From Gemmatimonadota bacterium (GTDB lineage: Bacteria > Gemmatimonadota > Gemmatimonadetes > Palauibacterales > Palauibacteraceae): a DNA stretch of 44,444 nt. How positions within the stretch are numbered: the first letter of the stretch is position 1; every line of letters starts with the position of its first letter. A program made the translations under genes and the position numbers. Location: positions 1 to 44,444 of the forward strand of contig JBDGUZ010000002.1 of assembly GCA_039585915.1 (NCBI GenBank), read 5' to 3'. The notes beneath the pieces are model-generated. The model made no database searches and was not told where the DNA came from. It was given only the letters and a program-made list of their open reading frames with translations. This document shows, piece by piece, positions 42,031 to 44,444 of the stretch.

Positions 42031-42041
42031 AGGAGGCCGCT

Positions 42042-44444
42042 ATGAGGCGTCGGCTACACGTCCATTCGGGGTCCAGCCTGCTGGCTGTATTGGCAGCGCT
42101 TCTCCTCGCTTCCACTGGAACCCTGCAAGCGCAGGGCGTGACCTCAGGCGGTGTCAACGGTGTGGTGACAAATGCCGACGCCCTGCCACTGGTCGGTGTC
42201 ACTGTCACCGCGCGGCACGATCCCAGCGGAACCACCTACCAGACGACCACGCGTTCGGGCGGGGTATTCTCAATTGGTGGCATGCGCGTCGGCGGCCCTT
42301 ACACCGTAACGGCTACCATTCTCGGTCACCAGCAGGAAATCCAGCAGAACATCCAGGTCGCCCTTGGCCAGAACGCGCGGCTCAGCTTCGCACTGACGGA
42401 AACGGCCATCGTGCTGGATGCGCTCACGGTAGAGGCGACGCGGGACCTGGTTCTGAACAGCGACCGAACAGGCGCAGCGACCGTCATTCCCAACGAGGCC
42501 GTCGTGGCCCTCCCGTCGGTCCGGCGGAGCACGCGCGACCTGACTCGCACCGATCCACGCAACGACGGCAATTTCAGCTTCGGAGGCCGGAACTGGCTCT
42601 ATAACAACATCACGCTGGATGGCTCCTACTTCAACAATTCGTTCGGCCTCGACGACCCGGCGCCGGGCGGTCAGACGGCGTCCGAACCGATTCCGTTCGA
42701 CGCGGTGGAGCAGGTCGTAGTCTCCGTGGCACCATTCGACGTCAGGCAAAGCGGATTCACGGGAGCCAACATCAACACAGTCACGAAGAGCGGAACCAAC
42801 GAGTTCAAGTTCTCTGGCTTCGCGTTCTACCGAGACCAGAACCTGGTCGGAAACAAGGTGGACGGAAACGAAGTGGTGGCGAACCCCGACCTCAGCTACG
42901 GCCAGTACGGTATCACAGTGGGCGGGCCGATTCTGCGGGACAAGTTGTTCTTCTTCTTCAGTGGCGAGTTCACGCAGCGGGATGACCCGGGCTCGGACTT
43001 CGTTCCCTCCACGGGCGGCATTCCCGGGCCCGGTGAATCGCGGCCCGATCAGGCGACTCTGGACGCGATCTCGGAGCGCCTGGCCACGGAATACAACTAC
43101 GAAACGGGGCCCTACTCGGGCTTCGTCCACGAGACCAACAGCAACAAGGCGCTGTTGAAGCTGGACTGGAACCTGAACGCGAACAACAACATGATGTTCC
43201 GCTACAGCCGGCTGGACGCGGAACGCGACCTGCCACCGCACCCGTTCGCCATCAGCCTCAACAATTCGGGGCGTGGGCCGAACACCGCCAGCCTGCCGGC
43301 TCAGAACTCCGGCTACCAGATCAACAACGAACTCAACTCGTACGCGTTCGAGTGGAACGCGCGTTCCGGCGAGGGCAAGTGGGCCAACCGGTTCTTCGCG
43401 AGCTACAACCGGTTCCGTGATTTCCGCAACGCGTTCAGCGAGCCGTTCCCGACCCTCGAGATCGGCGAGGACGGCGTTACGTACACGTCGGTAGGTCACG
43501 AGGGATTTTCCATCGAGAACAACCTCGACACGGACGTGTGGCAGCTCACGAACGACTTCACATACTTCACGGGGCGGCACAGCCTGACGTTCGGCGCCAA
43601 CTTCGAGCACTTCGGGTTCTTCAACTCCTTCAACCTGTTCCGGAACGGGTTGTTCGGGTTCGCCCCCCCGGGGAGGTTCGACTCCCTCGAAGAGTTCTTT
43701 GCCGCGACAGACCCCAGCAATCCGGATCAGATTGACTTCAGGAGCTACATCGGCACCGGCGATTACAAGGGCGAGAAGTTCAATCTCGGACAGCTGGGAC
43801 TGTACGTGCAGGAGCAGTTCGCGATCAGCCCGACCTTCACGCTGTCGGCCGGTCTGCGCGTCGACTTCCCGATGTATTTCACCGACCCTGTGGATAACCC
43901 TTACTCCAGGAGCCTCACGGCACTCAACGGCGAGGGCGAGACGGTCGAAGTCGATCAGAGCAAGCTGGCCGGAAGCACGCCTCTGTGGTCACCGCGAATC
44001 GGGTTCAATTGGGACGTTACGGGAGATCGATCGACGCAGCTGCGGGGCGGCACCGGTATTTTCACCGGCCGCCTCCCATTCGTGTGGATCGGGAACGTGT
44101 ACTCGAACCCGAGCCTGAATCCCAACATCTATCCGGACGCCGAGAAGGTAGTCACCAGCGGCCCGAGGCCCGGTAGCGGCGACGACAGCTTCATCCTGCA
44201 GCAATCCTATAACGGCGTTGCGGCCATGGACCCGGATTTCAAGTGGCCGCAGATGTGGACGACCAATATCGCGATCGACCAGCGGCTGCCCGGTGATATC
44301 CTGGGAACGCTGGAGTTCATCTATAGCAAAGACATGAACAGCATCTACATGCAGAACATGGACGTGGGCCCCGCCTACAGTTCGCTGGCCGACGGGAGAC
44401 CGTTCTACGACGGACGGCGTATCAACGGGGATGCGATCTATGTC
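42042..44444 (+). CDS. TonB-dependent receptor, Oar-like with N-terminal carboxypeptidase-regulatory-like domain (partial, continues past right edge)
   Basis: AGGAGG lies 5 nt upstream of ATG at 42042, and the frame stays open for 801 codons to the window end, so it is absent from the ORF track. Signal peptide LLAVLAALLLASTGTLQAQ, CarboxypepD_reg pattern (GVVTNADALPLVGVTVTA...TTRSGGVFSIGGMRVGGPYTVTA), plug (DRTGAATVIP...), and barrel motifs (TKSGTNEF, LFFFFSGE, LRGGTGIFTGRLPFVW). Confidence 0.9.
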   Translation, partial: MRRRLHVHSGSSLLAVLAALLLASTGTLQAQGVTSGGVNGVVTNADALPLVGVTVTARHDPSGTTYQTTTRSGGVFSIGGMRVGGPYTVTATILGHQQEIQQNIQVALGQNARLSFALTETAIVLDALTVEATRDLVLNSDRTGAATVIPNEAVVALPSVRRSTRDLTRTDPRNDGNFSFGGRNWLYNNITLDGSYFNNSFGLDDPAPGGQTASEPIPFDAVEQVVVSVAPFDVRQSGFTGANINTVTKSGTNEFKFSGFAFYRDQNLVGNKVDGNEVVANPDLSYGQYGITVGGPILRDKLFFFFSGEFTQRDDPGSDFVPSTGGIPGPGESRPDQATLDAISERLATEYNYETGPYSGFVHETNSNKALLKLDWNLNANNNMMFRYSRLDAERDLPPHPFAISLNNSGRGPNTASLPAQNSGYQINNELNSYAFEWNARSGEGKWANRFFASYNRFRDFRNAFSEPFPTLEIGEDGVTYTSVGHEGFSIENNLDTDVWQLTNDFTYFTGRHSLTFGANFEHFGFFNSFNLFRNGLFGFAPPGRFDSLEEFFAATDPSNPDQIDFRSYIGTGDYKGEKFNLGQLGLYVQEQFAISPTFTLSAGLRVDFPMYFTDPVDNPYSRSLTALNGEGETVEVDQSKLAGSTPLWSPRIGFNWDVTGDRSTQLRGGTGIFTGRLPFVWIGNVYSNPSLNPNIYPDAEKVVTSGPRPGSGDDSFILQQSYNGVAAMDPDFKWPQMWTTNIAIDQRLPGDILGTLEFIYSKDMNSIYMQNMDVGPAYSSLADGRPFYDGRRINGDAIYV

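Overview
High-GC bacterial chromosomal window from a Gram-negative (diderm). The gene content resembles Gemmatimonadota or Acidobacteria-type genomes, but taxonomy cannot be verified from here. From 1 to 15.9 kb there is a dense minus-strand housekeeping block: ruvC (partial), yebC, an EF-G-like GTPase, a rhomboid protease, ddl, a cysteine-synthase-like PLP enzyme, a TonB-C lipoprotein, mutS, a SPOR/TPR protein, holA, an anti-sigma/ECF-sigma pair, a Nudix hydrolase and an M16 peptidase pair. A 420-nt intergenic region follows, after which everything except rnpB is on the plus strand. (i) A four-gene operon of secreted proteins that I read as a very divergent chaperone-usher-like fibre system (two paralogous pilin-like subunits, a PapD-like protein and a 910-aa outer-membrane protein). 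(ii) A textbook type-A RNase P RNA on the minus strand, absent from the ORF track. (iii) Two secreted beta-propeller proteins (Big_2+LVIVD, and YVTN), an OM beta-barrel protein and hpt. (iv) A roughly 15-kb translationally coupled electron-transfer supercluster: korA-korB, an unknown 336-aa protein, rnfB, a giant 1703-aa pyruvate:ferredoxin oxidoreductase with a C-terminally tethered ferredoxin-like domain inserted between rnfB and rnfC, rnfC-D-G-E-A, and three small Cys-rich/membrane ORFs. (v) A start-less 3' relic of thiC. (vi) A structured ~290-nt leader. (vii) A partial Oar-like TonB-dependent receptor running off the right edge. I found no transposase, integrase, CRISPR array, tRNA or rRNA. 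Many long antisense ORFs in the track are high-GC artefacts. All homology statements rest on motif recognition by eye, because no searches could be run.
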